Shown here: piece after piece, positions 35,475-47,791 of the stretch | Layout: each line of letters begins with the position of its first letter | Numbering within the stretch: position 1 is the first letter of the stretch | Origin: Phycisphaerales bacterium | GTDB lineage: Bacteria > Planctomycetota > Phycisphaerae > Phycisphaerales > JAGLTS01 | Direction of reading: 5' to 3' | DNA: 64,000 bases | Assembly (NCBI GenBank): GCA_023135165.1 | Contig: JAGLTS010000005.1 | Span: 2,745 to 66,744 of the forward strand | Notes under the pieces: generated by a model | What the model saw: the letters and a program-made list of their open reading frames with translations, nothing else | Database searches by the model: none | Told to the model about the DNA's origin: nothing | Position numbers and translations under genes: made by a program

Positions 35475-35665
35475 ACGGGTCGGTCTACTTCCATAAGGTC
35501 GGCAGCGCCGCGGCCACGCGGGGTGGTCCGAAAACGCGGCGCCGGGTCGCCTGCATCGAACGGATCAGTGGGTTCCAAGGAGGAATCCCGCCATGCATGA
35601 TGACGGCAGGAAAGAAGTTGAGCAATTCGTGACTGGAGCCGGGGTGAACGGCGTCTGGAGAAGCA

Positions 35666-36271
35666 ATGGACATGGACCCTGCTGAGCCGAGAATCGGCCA
35701 CGCGGAGAACCCGGTGCAGGCCGCGCAAGGCGGGGACCCGGAGGCTTTGACGCTGGTGTGGCATGAACACCGGCGATGGCTGGCGGCGGTGCTCACAGCG
35801 CATCGTCCGCGGGGCGTCGAGGTGGCGGACCTGCTCCAGGAGGTGGCGATGACACTTGTGGCGAAGATAGGCACACTGGAAGACCCGGAGGCGATTCGGC
35901 CCTGGCTTCGGCGGGTCGCCGTCAACATCGCGCGGACCGCAGCGAGGCGCGATCGGCCGACGCTCCGACTGGTGGGACAAGAGGGTGAGGCGGTGGAGGC
36001 TCCCGACATGGGCGACCAGGCTGAGCGGTCGGAACTGTACAGGGAGGTCTTGCAGCACATGGCGGAGCTGCCCGTGGACTATCGTGAACCGCTCATGTTG
36101 CGTGCGGTGAAGGGGATGAGCTACCGCTGCATCGCGGATGTGTTGGGTGTGCCAATCACGACGGTCGAGACGCGGATCGCACGTGCCCGCCGAATGCTCA
36201 GAGAGCAGCTCAGCGAGTCGCTCCCGGCAAACGTCGTCGGCACGGTGACATCAACGGGAGCCCAGCCATGA
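35666..36271 (+). CDS. ECF (group 4) sigma-70 family RNA polymerase sigma factor
   Basis: 201 aa. Region 2-like DLLQEVAMTLV ... IRPWLRRVAVNIA. Region 4 HTH LMLRAVKGMSYRCIADVLGVPITTVETRIARARRMLREQL. GGAG RBS. Confidence 0.85.
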   Translation: MDMDPAEPRIGHAENPVQAAQGGDPEALTLVWHEHRRWLAAVLTAHRPRGVEVADLLQEVAMTLVAKIGTLEDPEAIRPWLRRVAVNIARTAARRDRPTLRLVGQEGEAVEAPDMGDQAERSELYREVLQHMAELPVDYREPLMLRAVKGMSYRCIADVLGVPITTVETRIARARRMLREQLSESLPANVVGTVTSTGAQP

Positions 36272-36948
36272 CCAACCCACACGACACCCAGGACCCCCAG
36301 GACCCCGGAGCTACGCGCGAACAGGATGAAGCGGCGCAGCGGTCGCTGGCCATCGACATCCTGATCTGCCGAATCGTCGATCATGAAGCGGCCGAGCAGG
36401 ATTGGGCGATGTTCCGAAGCGCTGCGGCGGCGGATGGATCGCTCTGGCGGTCGCTGGCGGAAGCCCAGGCGGCGCAGCGGGTGGTCGAGAAGACGCTGGA
36501 GCCTGTGCTGACGGCGGCGGATGCGCTCGAACTGCCTGCGGAGGCGTTCGCTGCGCACGGGCAGCAGGCGAGCGCCGCGATCCGCTGGCCGAGCTGGGGA
36601 GGCTGGGCGGCAGCGGCGGCGGTCGCGCTCGCGTGGTGGATCAATGGGCAGGCGCCGACCCAACCCCAGGTCAACGGTAACAGCCCCGCGCAGCAGGCGA
36701 GGTTCGTCGCCAGCCCTGCGGATGTGCTCGGCAGCTACCTTCAGTTCGACCACGTGGTCGGCCAAGGTGAACCGCAAGTCCTCAACACCTTGGAGACCGA
36801 GACCGGTACGGACGTCCTGATGCTTCGGCCGATCTACGAGCGCATCCACCTGGGACCACGGTACGAAACATACGTCGATGAGGAAGGCAGGCTTCTCCTG
36901 CGGCGCATCCCCACGACGACGGATGGGTTTATTGAGAACGCGCTGTGA
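36268..36948 (+). CDS. putative anti-sigma factor (single-pass membrane protein)
   Basis: 4-nt overlap with the sigma gene. One central TM helix (WGGWAAAAAVALAWWI). The role is assigned from position only. Confidence 0.5.
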   Translation: MTNPHDTQDPQDPGATREQDEAAQRSLAIDILICRIVDHEAAEQDWAMFRSAAAADGSLWRSLAEAQAAQRVVEKTLEPVLTAADALELPAEAFAAHGQQASAAIRWPSWGGWAAAAAVALAWWINGQAPTQPQVNGNSPAQQARFVASPADVLGSYLQFDHVVGQGEPQVLNTLETETGTDVLMLRPIYERIHLGPRYETYVDEEGRLLLRRIPTTTDGFIENAL

Positions 36949-37019
36949 TGAGAATCGCAATGCACGTTGTCTTTTTTTCTGTACGCACCAATCACACCGT
37001 TTTTTGCGAGGTTTGAACC

Positions 37020-38021
37020 ATGAGAAACATGACAAGGATGCTCGTTGCCGGAATCGCCATTCCAGCGATACTCATCGCCGGGTCGGCATCCGCGGATGAC
37101 ACCGACACGACCACCGTCGAGAGCACAAGCACCGTCACCATCAAGATAGACGGTGACGAAACCGAGATCTGGGTCGACGGCGAGAAGGTCGAAGCCCCCG
37201 AACTCAAGGCGAAGCTTCTCCAGAAGCACATGCACGGCGCCGCTGGCAGCCGCGTCATGATCGGCGAGCCGGGCGAGCACATGACGCTGGCGCTGAAGCT
37301 GGCGGGCGAGGCTGACTATGAACCCCCGCGCGTGATGGTTGGCGTCATCATGGATGACGAGATCGACCCGGCCCTGGCGAGCCAGTTGCGCCTCGACCCG
37401 AAGGCTGCGTTCATCATCAACATCGTCCACGAAGGCTCGCCGGCAGACAAGGCGGGGCTTCAGGTCTACGACATCGTCACCGCCGTGCAGGGCGCCAGCC
37501 CGGCGAGCACGGGGCTTCTGTCCAAGACGCTCAAGGGCATGGACCCGGGCGATGCGCTGACGCTGAAGCTCATCCGAAGCGGCGAGCCGACCGTCGCTGT
37601 GGTCATGCTCGAAGCATGGGACCCGGACGTCATGGGTCAAGCTGAACTCTCCAAGATGATCCAGAGGGAGATGACGCTCGGGTCTGCAGGCGAGGCTCAG
37701 CGCGAGTTCCTGATCAAGCGGATCGAGGGCATGATGGATATGCCACAGGCCGTCTGGATCGAGAAACTCGAAGCGCTCGACGACCTCGACATTGACCTCG
37801 ACATTGAGGGGATCGAGGAAGCGATCAAGCATCTCCAGCACGCCCACGGCGACATGGACATCCGGATCATGACGCCCCAGCATCTCCCGCATCCAGGGAA
37901 GATTGACCTGGAGGAGCGCACCGAGAAGCTCGCAGCCCGCCTGGATGATCTCGAAAAGAAGCTGGACAAGAAGCTCTCGCGCATCGAGAAGCTGCTGCGG
38001 AAGCTCGTAGAGGACGAGTAA
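37020..38021 (+). CDS. secreted PDZ-domain protein with charged helical C-terminus
   Basis: 333 aa. Signal peptide. PDZ-like VGVIMDD ... IINIVHEGSPADKAGLQVYDIVTAVQG ... GDALTLKLIRSGE. Coiled-coil-like tail. Confidence 0.7.
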   Translation: MRNMTRMLVAGIAIPAILIAGSASADDTDTTTVESTSTVTIKIDGDETEIWVDGEKVEAPELKAKLLQKHMHGAAGSRVMIGEPGEHMTLALKLAGEADYEPPRVMVGVIMDDEIDPALASQLRLDPKAAFIINIVHEGSPADKAGLQVYDIVTAVQGASPASTGLLSKTLKGMDPGDALTLKLIRSGEPTVAVVMLEAWDPDVMGQAELSKMIQREMTLGSAGEAQREFLIKRIEGMMDMPQAVWIEKLEALDDLDIDLDIEGIEEAIKHLQHAHGDMDIRIMTPQHLPHPGKIDLEERTEKLAARLDDLEKKLDKKLSRIEKLLRKLVEDE

Positions 38022-38050
38022 CACACAACACACCGTTCCGCATCCGCACG

Positions 38051-38080
38051 AAGACCCAGGGGCTCAGATCCCTGGGTCTT
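38051..38080 (+). terminator. hairpin downstream of the PDZ gene
   Basis: 11-bp stem AAGACCCAGGG / CCCTGGGTCTT with an 8-nt loop. Weak or absent U-tract. Confidence 0.5.
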
Positions 38081-38146
38081 CTCATGCGCTGATCGCTACA
38101 CTGGGTGCGGATCAACGTGTGAATCCACACACGCCAGGAGGTCAAC

Positions 38147-38683
38147 ATGACGAAGCTCGCACCCGGCAGGAAAGCCCCGCCGTTTGAGTTGAAAGATCAG
38201 GATGGCAACGCGGTGTCGCTCGAATCACTGCTCGCATCAGGCAAGGGTGCAGCCGTGCTCTGGCTGTGCAACCACTGCCCATACGTCGTCGCATACATGG
38301 GCAGGCTCGTCGCGCTGGATGCGGAGTTCCCGGACATCCGGTTCGTCGGCATCAACTCGAATGATCCGCGGACATACCCCGAAGATGCCCCCGACAAGAT
38401 GCCCGCCTTCGCCCGGGAACACGGCGCAGAGTTCCCGTACCTCTTCGATGAGACGCAAGATGTCGCGCGGGCGTATGGCGTCGAACGCACGCCGGAGATC
38501 TTCCTGCTCGGGCCCGACGGCGTGTGCGTCTACGAAGGCGGTGTCGATGACAACTGGAACGATCCGAACCACGTGACCGATCGGCCTCTCCGCGATGCCT
38601 TGGCGGCGCTCTCGGCAGGCAAGCCGATCGAGCGCCCTCAGACGTTCGCCACCGGCTGCTCGATCAAGTGGAAGAACGCCTGA
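38147..38683 (+). CDS. thioredoxin-fold (redoxin/AhpC-TSA-like) protein
   Basis: 178 aa. [17 protein letters not shown], followed by the CxxC motif in [10 protein letters not shown]. Confidence 0.75.
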   Translation: MTKLAPGRKAPPFELKDQDGNAVSLESLLASGKGAAVLWLCNHCPYVVAYMGRLVALDAEFPDIRFVGINSNDPRTYPEDAPDKMPAFAREHGAEFPYLFDETQDVARAYGVERTPEIFLLGPDGVCVYEGGVDDNWNDPNHVTDRPLRDALAALSAGKPIERPQTFATGCSIKWKNA

Positions 38684-38771
38684 CCCACCCCCACGACACC
38701 ACGACGTTGAGCGCGGCGAAATCCGCTCCGGCGGACCCCCACTTCCAACACACGCGAGGAGATCGCTCACG

Positions 38772-41459
<2,688 letters not shown>

Positions 41460-41467
41460 CATGACAA

Positions 41468-41526
41468 CCTCGCATTTCCACGCGAGGCTATGAGCACACA
41501 TAACAGCCTCGCCTGGAAAGGCGAGG
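41468..41526. repeat. two REP-like hairpins related to the 12.7-kb repeats
   Basis: CCTCGC-N8-GCGAGG (41468-41487) and CCTCGCC-TGGAAA-GGCGAGG (41507-41526), preceded by agcacaca. The stem sequence matches the hairpin at 12758-12777. Lies between convergent genes. Confidence 0.65.
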
Positions 41527-41541
41527 TTCAGCTTCGACGCA

Positions 41542-42126
41542 CTACCATTGTGCAACTTGCTCGCGGATCTTGTGTCGATTCAGCCATACCAACGTGAACA
41601 CGGGTAGCGCCAAGTTCAACACGACCGAAAGAACGACGATAAACACGCCGAAGAGTTGCACGATCCCGTCCACGATCGCCTGCTGTTGAGCGCTCATGCC
41701 CATCTCGGCGACGATCGCGCCCATCATGTCGCGCATCATGATGTACTGCCAGACGGCGCCGAGCAACACCTGGATGAGCGCAATCACAGCCCACACGAGC
41801 AGCACCATTCGACCGGCCGATCGTCGCCGCAGGAGTAGAATCCCGCCCCACAACCCGATCAATGAAATCACAGCCGTGACGGCAGCCATCGCGTAGTAGG
41901 TGGGCGACTTGAGCATCTCCGCCATCGCGTCGCCGCCCGGACCCTCCCGCAGTAGATCCGTCGGGTACATAAACACCACCATCGCCCCGACGATGCCTTC
42001 GAACAGCCCCAGCGCGCCGAACGCGATGAGGATGATGCCGACAACGGTCGGCCAGATCGGTCGCTTCTTCACAGTCATCGAGGGCGGGAGCGTGGTCGGC
42101 GGCGCGTCGGCGTGCATGTCTACCAC
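41542..42126 (-). CDS. hypothetical 4-TM membrane protein (paralogue 1)
   Basis: 194 aa. Four hydrophobic helices. C-terminus WLNRHKIREQVAQW parallels that of the adjacent gene. Start is GTG 42126 or ATG 42117. Confidence 0.6.
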   Translation of the reverse strand: MVDMHADAPPTTLPPSMTVKKRPIWPTVVGIILIAFGALGLFEGIVGAMVVFMYPTDLLREGPGGDAMAEMLKSPTYYAMAAVTAVISLIGLWGGILLLRRRSAGRMVLLVWAVIALIQVLLGAVWQYIMMRDMMGAIVAEMGMSAQQQAIVDGIVQLFGVFIVVLSVVLNLALPVFTLVWLNRHKIREQVAQW

Positions 42127-42779
42127 TCCGCGGTTTCGCGACGAATCTTACCTCGCATGAACCAGATCAGGAGGAAGAGCGGATATGGAAGCGTATACGC
42201 AACACCGATCAACACACCGATCCACGGGTTAACCTCCGCGCCTATCTTCATCATCCCTGTACCAGGAAGATCCGGATTCTCAGCGATGTAGACGCGCATG
42301 GCCTCTGCGTTTCTTCCGGCGACTCCATAGGCGACATAGGCTGACACGACGAGGAGCAGGATCTTCAACACAGCCCAGAACATCGAGAAGAACCGCGCGT
42401 TTCGGCTCCGCTTGACAAGCATGATCCCGGAGATCAGCAGCACGAGAGCCCATACGGCATTCGCGCCGCCGACCGCGAAATACGCAGCGTCATACACGCC
42501 GGTGCTGTCCACCATCGGCACATTCTGTGCGTCGGGGTTGTTGGCCAGGAGTTGCGGGACCACGGTGGCCGCCGCTCCGCCTCCGATGTTGCAGCAACCC
42601 CAGTACAGCACGCCGATCGAGCCGAACACGATGCTCAAAACGCCGACCACCTTCGGCCACTTCGACGGCAACTCCGTCATCACCGACGTCGTCGCGGCAG
42701 GCGAGTCAGGCGTCACGGGGGTCATCGGCGGAAGATCAGGAGTCGGAGCTTGATCTGGTTGATCTGGTTGATCGGCCAT
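42120..42779 (-). CDS. hypothetical 4-TM membrane protein (paralogue 2)
   Basis: 219 aa from ATG at 42779 (GAGAGG upstream). N-terminal DQPDQPDQ is encoded by a short 9-bp tandem repeat. C-terminus WFMRGKIRRETAEW. Confidence 0.6.
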   Translation of the reverse strand: MADQPDQPDQAPTPDLPPMTPVTPDSPAATTSVMTELPSKWPKVVGVLSIVFGSIGVLYWGCCNIGGGAAATVVPQLLANNPDAQNVPMVDSTGVYDAAYFAVGGANAVWALVLLISGIMLVKRSRNARFFSMFWAVLKILLLVVSAYVAYGVAGRNAEAMRVYIAENPDLPGTGMMKIGAEVNPWIGVLIGVAYTLPYPLFLLIWFMRGKIRRETAEW

Positions 42780-42830
42780 CGCAATACACCTCTCGCAATA
42801 GGTCATACATCCACGACGCGCGGCCGTGGC

Positions 42831-43823
42831 TTAGAATTGACCGAGGAATCGCACATCGTTCTCGAAGAGCAGCCGCATGTCCGGGATGCCGTACCTGCCC
42901 ATCGCGATGCGCTCGATCCCCAGGCCGAATGCATACCCAGTCCATTCTTCGGGATCGTAGCCGACGAATTCAAAGACGTTCGGGTCCACCATGCCGCAGC
43001 CGCCCAGCTCAACCCATTGCATTTCACCCTTGATGGGCATCTTCATGTCCATCTCGGCGCTCGGCTCGGTGAACGGGAAGAAGCTCGGCCGGAGGCGAAT
43101 CTCAGACTCAGGCCCGAAGTACGCCTTGGCGAACTGGAACAGTGCGGTCTTCAGATCCGCCATCGTCACGTTGTGATCGACGTACAGCCCTTCGATCTGG
43201 TGAAACATGAACGAGTGCGTCGCATCGACCTCATCGGGGCGATACACGCGGCCCGGCGCGACGATCTTGATCGGCGGCTGGGTCTTCTCCATCACCCGGA
43301 TCTGCACGGTCGAGGTCTGCGACCGCAGCAACGTGTTGCGATCGACGTAGAAGTTGTCCAACGGGTCACGCGCGGGATGCTCGGGCGGGATGTTGAGCTT
43401 GATGAAGTTGTGATCCTCATCTTCGACTTCAGGCCCTTCCGCCACGTCGAAGCCCATGCGCGCGAAGACCTCGATGATGTCCTGTGCGGTGCGTGTGATG
43501 ATGTGCGATCGGCCGAGCGGCGAAGGCTCACCTGGAATCGTGACGTCGAGCATCGGCCCGGTCGTCACTGCCGCGCCCCCGCCGCCGAGCCCCGCCTGCC
43601 GCGCCTTGAACGCCGCATCGAGGGCCGACTTGACCTCGTTCATCGTCTTGCCGACAAGCGGTTTCTGGTCGACGGGCACATCCTTCATACCGGCCATCGC
43701 GCCCTTGAGTTTGCCCTTGGTCCCAAGGTATGCGACGCGCCACGCCTCCAGGGCGTCATCCGAGTCCACCGATTCGAGCGCCGTCAGGCCGTCGGCCTTG
43801 ATCTGTTCCAGAGTCTCAAGCAT
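42831..43823 (-). CDS. pheS: phenylalanine--tRNA ligase alpha subunit
   Basis: 330 aa. Class II motifs FPFTEPSAEMD and GCGMVDPNVF ... AFGLGIERIAM. Confidence 0.93.
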   Translation of the reverse strand: MLETLEQIKADGLTALESVDSDDALEAWRVAYLGTKGKLKGAMAGMKDVPVDQKPLVGKTMNEVKSALDAAFKARQAGLGGGGAAVTTGPMLDVTIPGEPSPLGRSHIITRTAQDIIEVFARMGFDVAEGPEVEDEDHNFIKLNIPPEHPARDPLDNFYVDRNTLLRSQTSTVQIRVMEKTQPPIKIVAPGRVYRPDEVDATHSFMFHQIEGLYVDHNVTMADLKTALFQFAKAYFGPESEIRLRPSFFPFTEPSAEMDMKMPIKGEMQWVELGGCGMVDPNVFEFVGYDPEEWTGYAFGLGIERIAMGRYGIPDMRLLFENDVRFLGQF

Positions 43824-43892
43824 GGCGAACAGTGTACCGCGTCGGCCGCCTTCTGTTCGCCGACGGCCCGCGAGTTGACGGGATCGCCGCGA

Positions 43893-44885
43893 CTACGCAA
43901 GCTCGGGGAACGTGTCACATACGACCTGCACGAGTGCCTTCACCTGCTCGACCGAGCTCTTCATAAGCGTCTGTTCCTCTTCGTTCAACTCGACCTCGAC
44001 GACCTTCTCGACGCCGCCGCCTCCCAGAACGCATGGGACGCCGACGAAGTACCCGCCGACGTTGTACTTCTGCTCACAGTAGACGGCGCAGGGCAGGATG
44101 CGTTTCTTGTCGCGAATGATGGCCTCCGCCATCTGGACGGTGCCCGCCGCCGGTGCGTAGAACGCGCTTGAGCCCATCAGGCCGACGATCTCGCCGCCGC
44201 CGACCTTCGCCCGCTCGACGCACGCCTGGATCTTCTCGTCACTGAGGAGTTGCTGTACGGGAATCCCGTGCACGGATGTGTAGCGAGGCAGGGGCACCAT
44301 GTCGTCGCCGTGCCCGCCCATCAGTAATGCCTGCACATCCTCCACCGAGCAGCCAAGCTCCATCGCGATGAACGCCCGGTACCTGGCGGTGTCTAGGCAG
44401 CCCGCCTGCCCCATGATGCGATGCGTGGGAAAGCCGGTCACCTTCCAGCACGTATACACCATCGCGTCCAACGGGTTGCTCACCACGATGACAATCGCGT
44501 TCGGCGCATACTTCTTGATGTTCTCGCTGACTGATTTGACGATCTTGACGTTCACCGAGATGAGGTCGTCACGGCTCATGCCGGGCTTGCGCGGCATGCC
44601 CGCGGTGAGAATGACCACGTCGCAGTCGGCGATGTCCTTGTAGTCAGCCGTCCCGGTGATTCTCGCATCGAATCGCTTGATTGTGGCGGCGGCAACCAGG
44701 TCGAGCGCCTTGCCCTTCGCCACGCCTTCACGCTCGGGCGTATCCACGAGAACGACATCGCCGAGTTCCATGGCAGCAACGCGGTGCGCACACGTCGCAC
44801 CGACCATACCGGCACCGATCACCGCAATCTTGTGTCGCCTCCTCATCGGGTCAACTCCTGATTTTGTTGTGGGCTTCTCATCCAT
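43893..44885 (-). CDS. mdh: malate dehydrogenase (LDH-like family)
   Basis: KIAVIGAGMVGATCA, and TAGMPRKPGMSRDDL with the MDH-type Arg. Start is ATG 44885 or 44846. Confidence 0.9.
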   Translation of the reverse strand: MDEKPTTKSGVDPMRRRHKIAVIGAGMVGATCAHRVAAMELGDVVLVDTPEREGVAKGKALDLVAAATIKRFDARITGTADYKDIADCDVVILTAGMPRKPGMSRDDLISVNVKIVKSVSENIKKYAPNAIVIVVSNPLDAMVYTCWKVTGFPTHRIMGQAGCLDTARYRAFIAMELGCSVEDVQALLMGGHGDDMVPLPRYTSVHGIPVQQLLSDEKIQACVERAKVGGGEIVGLMGSSAFYAPAAGTVQMAEAIIRDKKRILPCAVYCEQKYNVGGYFVGVPCVLGGGGVEKVVEVELNEEEQTLMKSSVEQVKALVQVVCDTFPELA

Positions 44886-45048
44886 CGCTGCCGCACATCG
44901 TAGCGACAGTTTGCCGCGACTGACCCGGCGGATTCAGCAAGTCGACCGGTTCCGCGTTGCTCCATGACCCGCACGCAGCAACGGATACTGATGTCCCCAG
45001 GAGAATCAACAGCACGCACATGGCGATCGCCGGCACTCAACAGCTCCC

Positions 45049-47709
45049 CTACCTCGTACTGCTGCGGTTCGTGATCGCTAGCGCTGCCGACGAATCGCGC
45101 ATCGGCAGCTTGCGCCGAATGACGCCGTCGTACCTGTATAGCGCGCCCGCAATCGCAGGGGCGGTCGGCACCAGACCGATCTCGCCCACACCCCGGGCGC
45201 CGAACGGGCAGTCCGGGTCCGCCGTCTCGATGAAGTGAAGCTCCATCTCAGGCATCTGGTCCGCTCGCAACACACCGCAGTCCTTGATCCCCTTCGCCTG
45301 GATGATCCCGCCGTCCACCGGGAAGTCCTCCGTCAGTGCGTAACCGATCCCCATGTGCAAGGCGCCGTAGATCTGGCCGCGAAGCTGCGTCGGGTTGATG
45401 ACGCGACCGACATCGTGAGCTGCGATCATCTTCACGAGCGTGCCCGCATCGTCGAGAATCGCGACTTGCGTGGCGTAGCCGTAGGTGATGTGCGTCTTCG
45501 GCCCGCCGGGCTTGTTCATGTCCGTCCCGAGCGGGCTTGTGTCATCACAAATCCACTCGCCGTGGAACACCCGGCCGATCAGATCGGCAAGCGTTCGCCC
45601 GGCGTCGAGTTCAGCGCGCAGCGCCCGGCCCGCCGCGGTGACCGCATGACCGGCCAGCACCGTCGCTCGACTCGCCGTCGTCTGCCCACAATCAAGCCGC
45701 TGGGAGGTATCCGTCGAAACGGTGAACGCATCGGCGGACAGCCCCGTCGCCTCGACCGCGAACTGGATGCACACCGTGAACAGCCCCTGCCCCATCTCGG
45801 TGAAGCCCGTCCGGATGTGCACCGTGCGATCATCCTCGACCGTCAGCGCAGCCCGACCGATGTCCGCCATACCGTTGCCGATGCCGACGTTCTTGATCCC
45901 GCATGCGATGCCTGCGTACTTCGCGTTTTTGTACTGGCCCTTGACCGCTTCGAGCGTCCTTCGCAAACCAAATGGCTTGCTCAGCACCTGACCGGTGGCG
46001 AACGCATCGCCCATCTCAAGGATGTTGCGGTCGCGGATATCGTAGCCGTCGATGCCGACCTTCTCCGCAAGGCGGTCGAGGATCCCTTCGATGGCGAATG
46101 CCGCTTGATTCGCGCCGAAGCCTCGCATCGCGCCGCATGGCGGGTTGTTCGTGTACACCGCCAGCGCTTCCATGTCGATGCTCGGCACACGGTACGGCCC
46201 GGTGCAATGGCCGCCCGCTCGCTCGACGACCTTCGCGCCGACGGATGCGTACGCGCCTTTGTCGCCGATGATTCGCACCTTGACGGCTAGGAGCTTGCCA
46301 TCCGCATCACAGCCGACCTTGTATGCCATCTCGATCGGATGTCGCTTCGGATGGATGCAGAAGCTCTCGGCGCGCGTGAGCGTGATCTTGACGGGTCTGC
46401 CCAAGAGATGCGCCATGAGTGCGGTCTGGCCTTGGATGGAGAGGTCTTCCTTCCCGCCGAACGCCCCGCCGTTGCTGACCAGTTCGACATGCACGCGCGA
46501 TGTGTCCACGCCGAGGATCGACGCGATCTGTCGTCGGTCGTCGAACACGCCCTGGCCTTGTGTGTAGACGTGCAGCCGATCATCCTGGGGAACCGCGAGA
46601 CATGACTCCGGCTCAAGGAACAAGTGCTCGATGCGCTGCGTGCGGTACGTGTCCTCGATGATGTGAGCGGACGAAACGAACGCCTGTTCGACATCGCCGC
46701 GCTTCAGTACGGATCGGCTGAGCAGGTTCGTTGTGCGCTCGGGATGGACGAGCGGCGCGCCTTCACGGAGCGCCTCGTGTGGGTCGGTGACGGGTGTCAG
46801 CACGTCGTACTCGATGTCGATGAGCGCCGCGGCACGACGAGCGATCTGCACCGTGTCGGCCGCAACCGCTGCGATAACATCACCGGTGCAATGCGTTACC
46901 TCGCCTTGGGCGATAAAGATCGGCCAGTCGCGCTCGATCAACCCGACGTACCGATCACCGGGCACATCGGCGGCGGTGAACACGCGATGAACGCCCGGCA
47001 GCGCCGTCGCCCGGTTCGTATCAACGCGCTTCACCACCGCCCGCGGATGATCGGAAAGCCGAAGCGCGCCAAACAACATGCCCGCCACGCGCATGTCATC
47101 AACGAACGGTCGCACGCCCAGCACCGCCTCCCGCCCCCGATACCTCGGCACGCTCACCCCCACACCCCCACGCTCGGCAACAGCGTCCGTCCCCGTCTCC
47201 CCTCTGAAAACGGTATCCGACACCGTTTTCTGGGACGAGGCGTAGCGCTCGATGCTGTCGATGATCTGCTTGTATCCCGTACAGCGACACAGGTGCGGCC
47301 GAAGCGCCTTCGTGATCTCCGTCCGGCTGGGGCTTGGGGTCTTCTCGACAAGCACCACGGCCCGCATCGCGATCCCCGGTGTGCAGTACCCGCATTGCAC
47401 GCCGCCCGCCTCGACGAAGCTCTCCGCGAGCTGCTCCCGCTGCGCCTCCTCCAACCCTTCCAACGTCGTGATCGACTTGCCCTCTACGCGATGCGGTTTC
47501 ATCGCGCACGACAACACCGGCTTGCCATCAACGAGCACCGTGCAGCACCCACATTGGGCTTGCGGCTGACAGCCGTTCTTGGGTGATGTGATGCCGAGGC
47601 GGTCGCGCAGAATATCCAGCAGCGTCAGGTCGCCATCGTCGATCTCGATCTCGACGGGCGATCCGTTGACGGTGCATGACAGTGTGTACGGGGTCTGGGT
47701 GCGTGTCAT
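45049..47709 (-). CDS. molybdopterin-dependent hydroxylase with fused N-terminal 2x[2Fe-2S] domain (XdhD / aldehyde oxidoreductase-like)
   Basis: 886 aa from ATG at 47709. CQPQAQCGCCTVLVDG, GVQCGYCTPG and LCRCTGY ferredoxin-like motifs, followed by a xanthine-dehydrogenase-family Moco domain (GGAFGGKED, MRGFG). Confidence 0.85.
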   Translation of the reverse strand: MTRTQTPYTLSCTVNGSPVEIEIDDGDLTLLDILRDRLGITSPKNGCQPQAQCGCCTVLVDGKPVLSCAMKPHRVEGKSITTLEGLEEAQREQLAESFVEAGGVQCGYCTPGIAMRAVVLVEKTPSPSRTEITKALRPHLCRCTGYKQIIDSIERYASSQKTVSDTVFRGETGTDAVAERGGVGVSVPRYRGREAVLGVRPFVDDMRVAGMLFGALRLSDHPRAVVKRVDTNRATALPGVHRVFTAADVPGDRYVGLIERDWPIFIAQGEVTHCTGDVIAAVAADTVQIARRAAALIDIEYDVLTPVTDPHEALREGAPLVHPERTTNLLSRSVLKRGDVEQAFVSSAHIIEDTYRTQRIEHLFLEPESCLAVPQDDRLHVYTQGQGVFDDRRQIASILGVDTSRVHVELVSNGGAFGGKEDLSIQGQTALMAHLLGRPVKITLTRAESFCIHPKRHPIEMAYKVGCDADGKLLAVKVRIIGDKGAYASVGAKVVERAGGHCTGPYRVPSIDMEALAVYTNNPPCGAMRGFGANQAAFAIEGILDRLAEKVGIDGYDIRDRNILEMGDAFATGQVLSKPFGLRRTLEAVKGQYKNAKYAGIACGIKNVGIGNGMADIGRAALTVEDDRTVHIRTGFTEMGQGLFTVCIQFAVEATGLSADAFTVSTDTSQRLDCGQTTASRATVLAGHAVTAAGRALRAELDAGRTLADLIGRVFHGEWICDDTSPLGTDMNKPGGPKTHITYGYATQVAILDDAGTLVKMIAAHDVGRVINPTQLRGQIYGALHMGIGYALTEDFPVDGGIIQAKGIKDCGVLRADQMPEMELHFIETADPDCPFGARGVGEIGLVPTAPAIAGALYRYDGVIRRKLPMRDSSAALAITNRSSTR

Positions 47710-47791
47710 CACCGGTAGTGTCGCCCCGCCGCCCCGCCGCGACAAGCCCGCCGTTTCGCCGACGCGCTCGCCGTGGTACAACAGCCCCCCC

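Noticed and set aside
35560-35665. Autoregulated ECF promoter (GGAAC-N16-CGTC type) upstream of the sigma gene
   Set aside because: Only loose matches with wrong spacing (GGAAAG ... CGTG, GTGAAC ... CGTC). Not convincing without a lineage-specific consensus.
38595-38771. Upstream extension of the aconitase ORF
   Set aside because: Arg/Pro/Ser-rich and overlaps the end of the preceding thioredoxin-like gene. The canonical AcnA N-terminus MSANPF starts at 38772.
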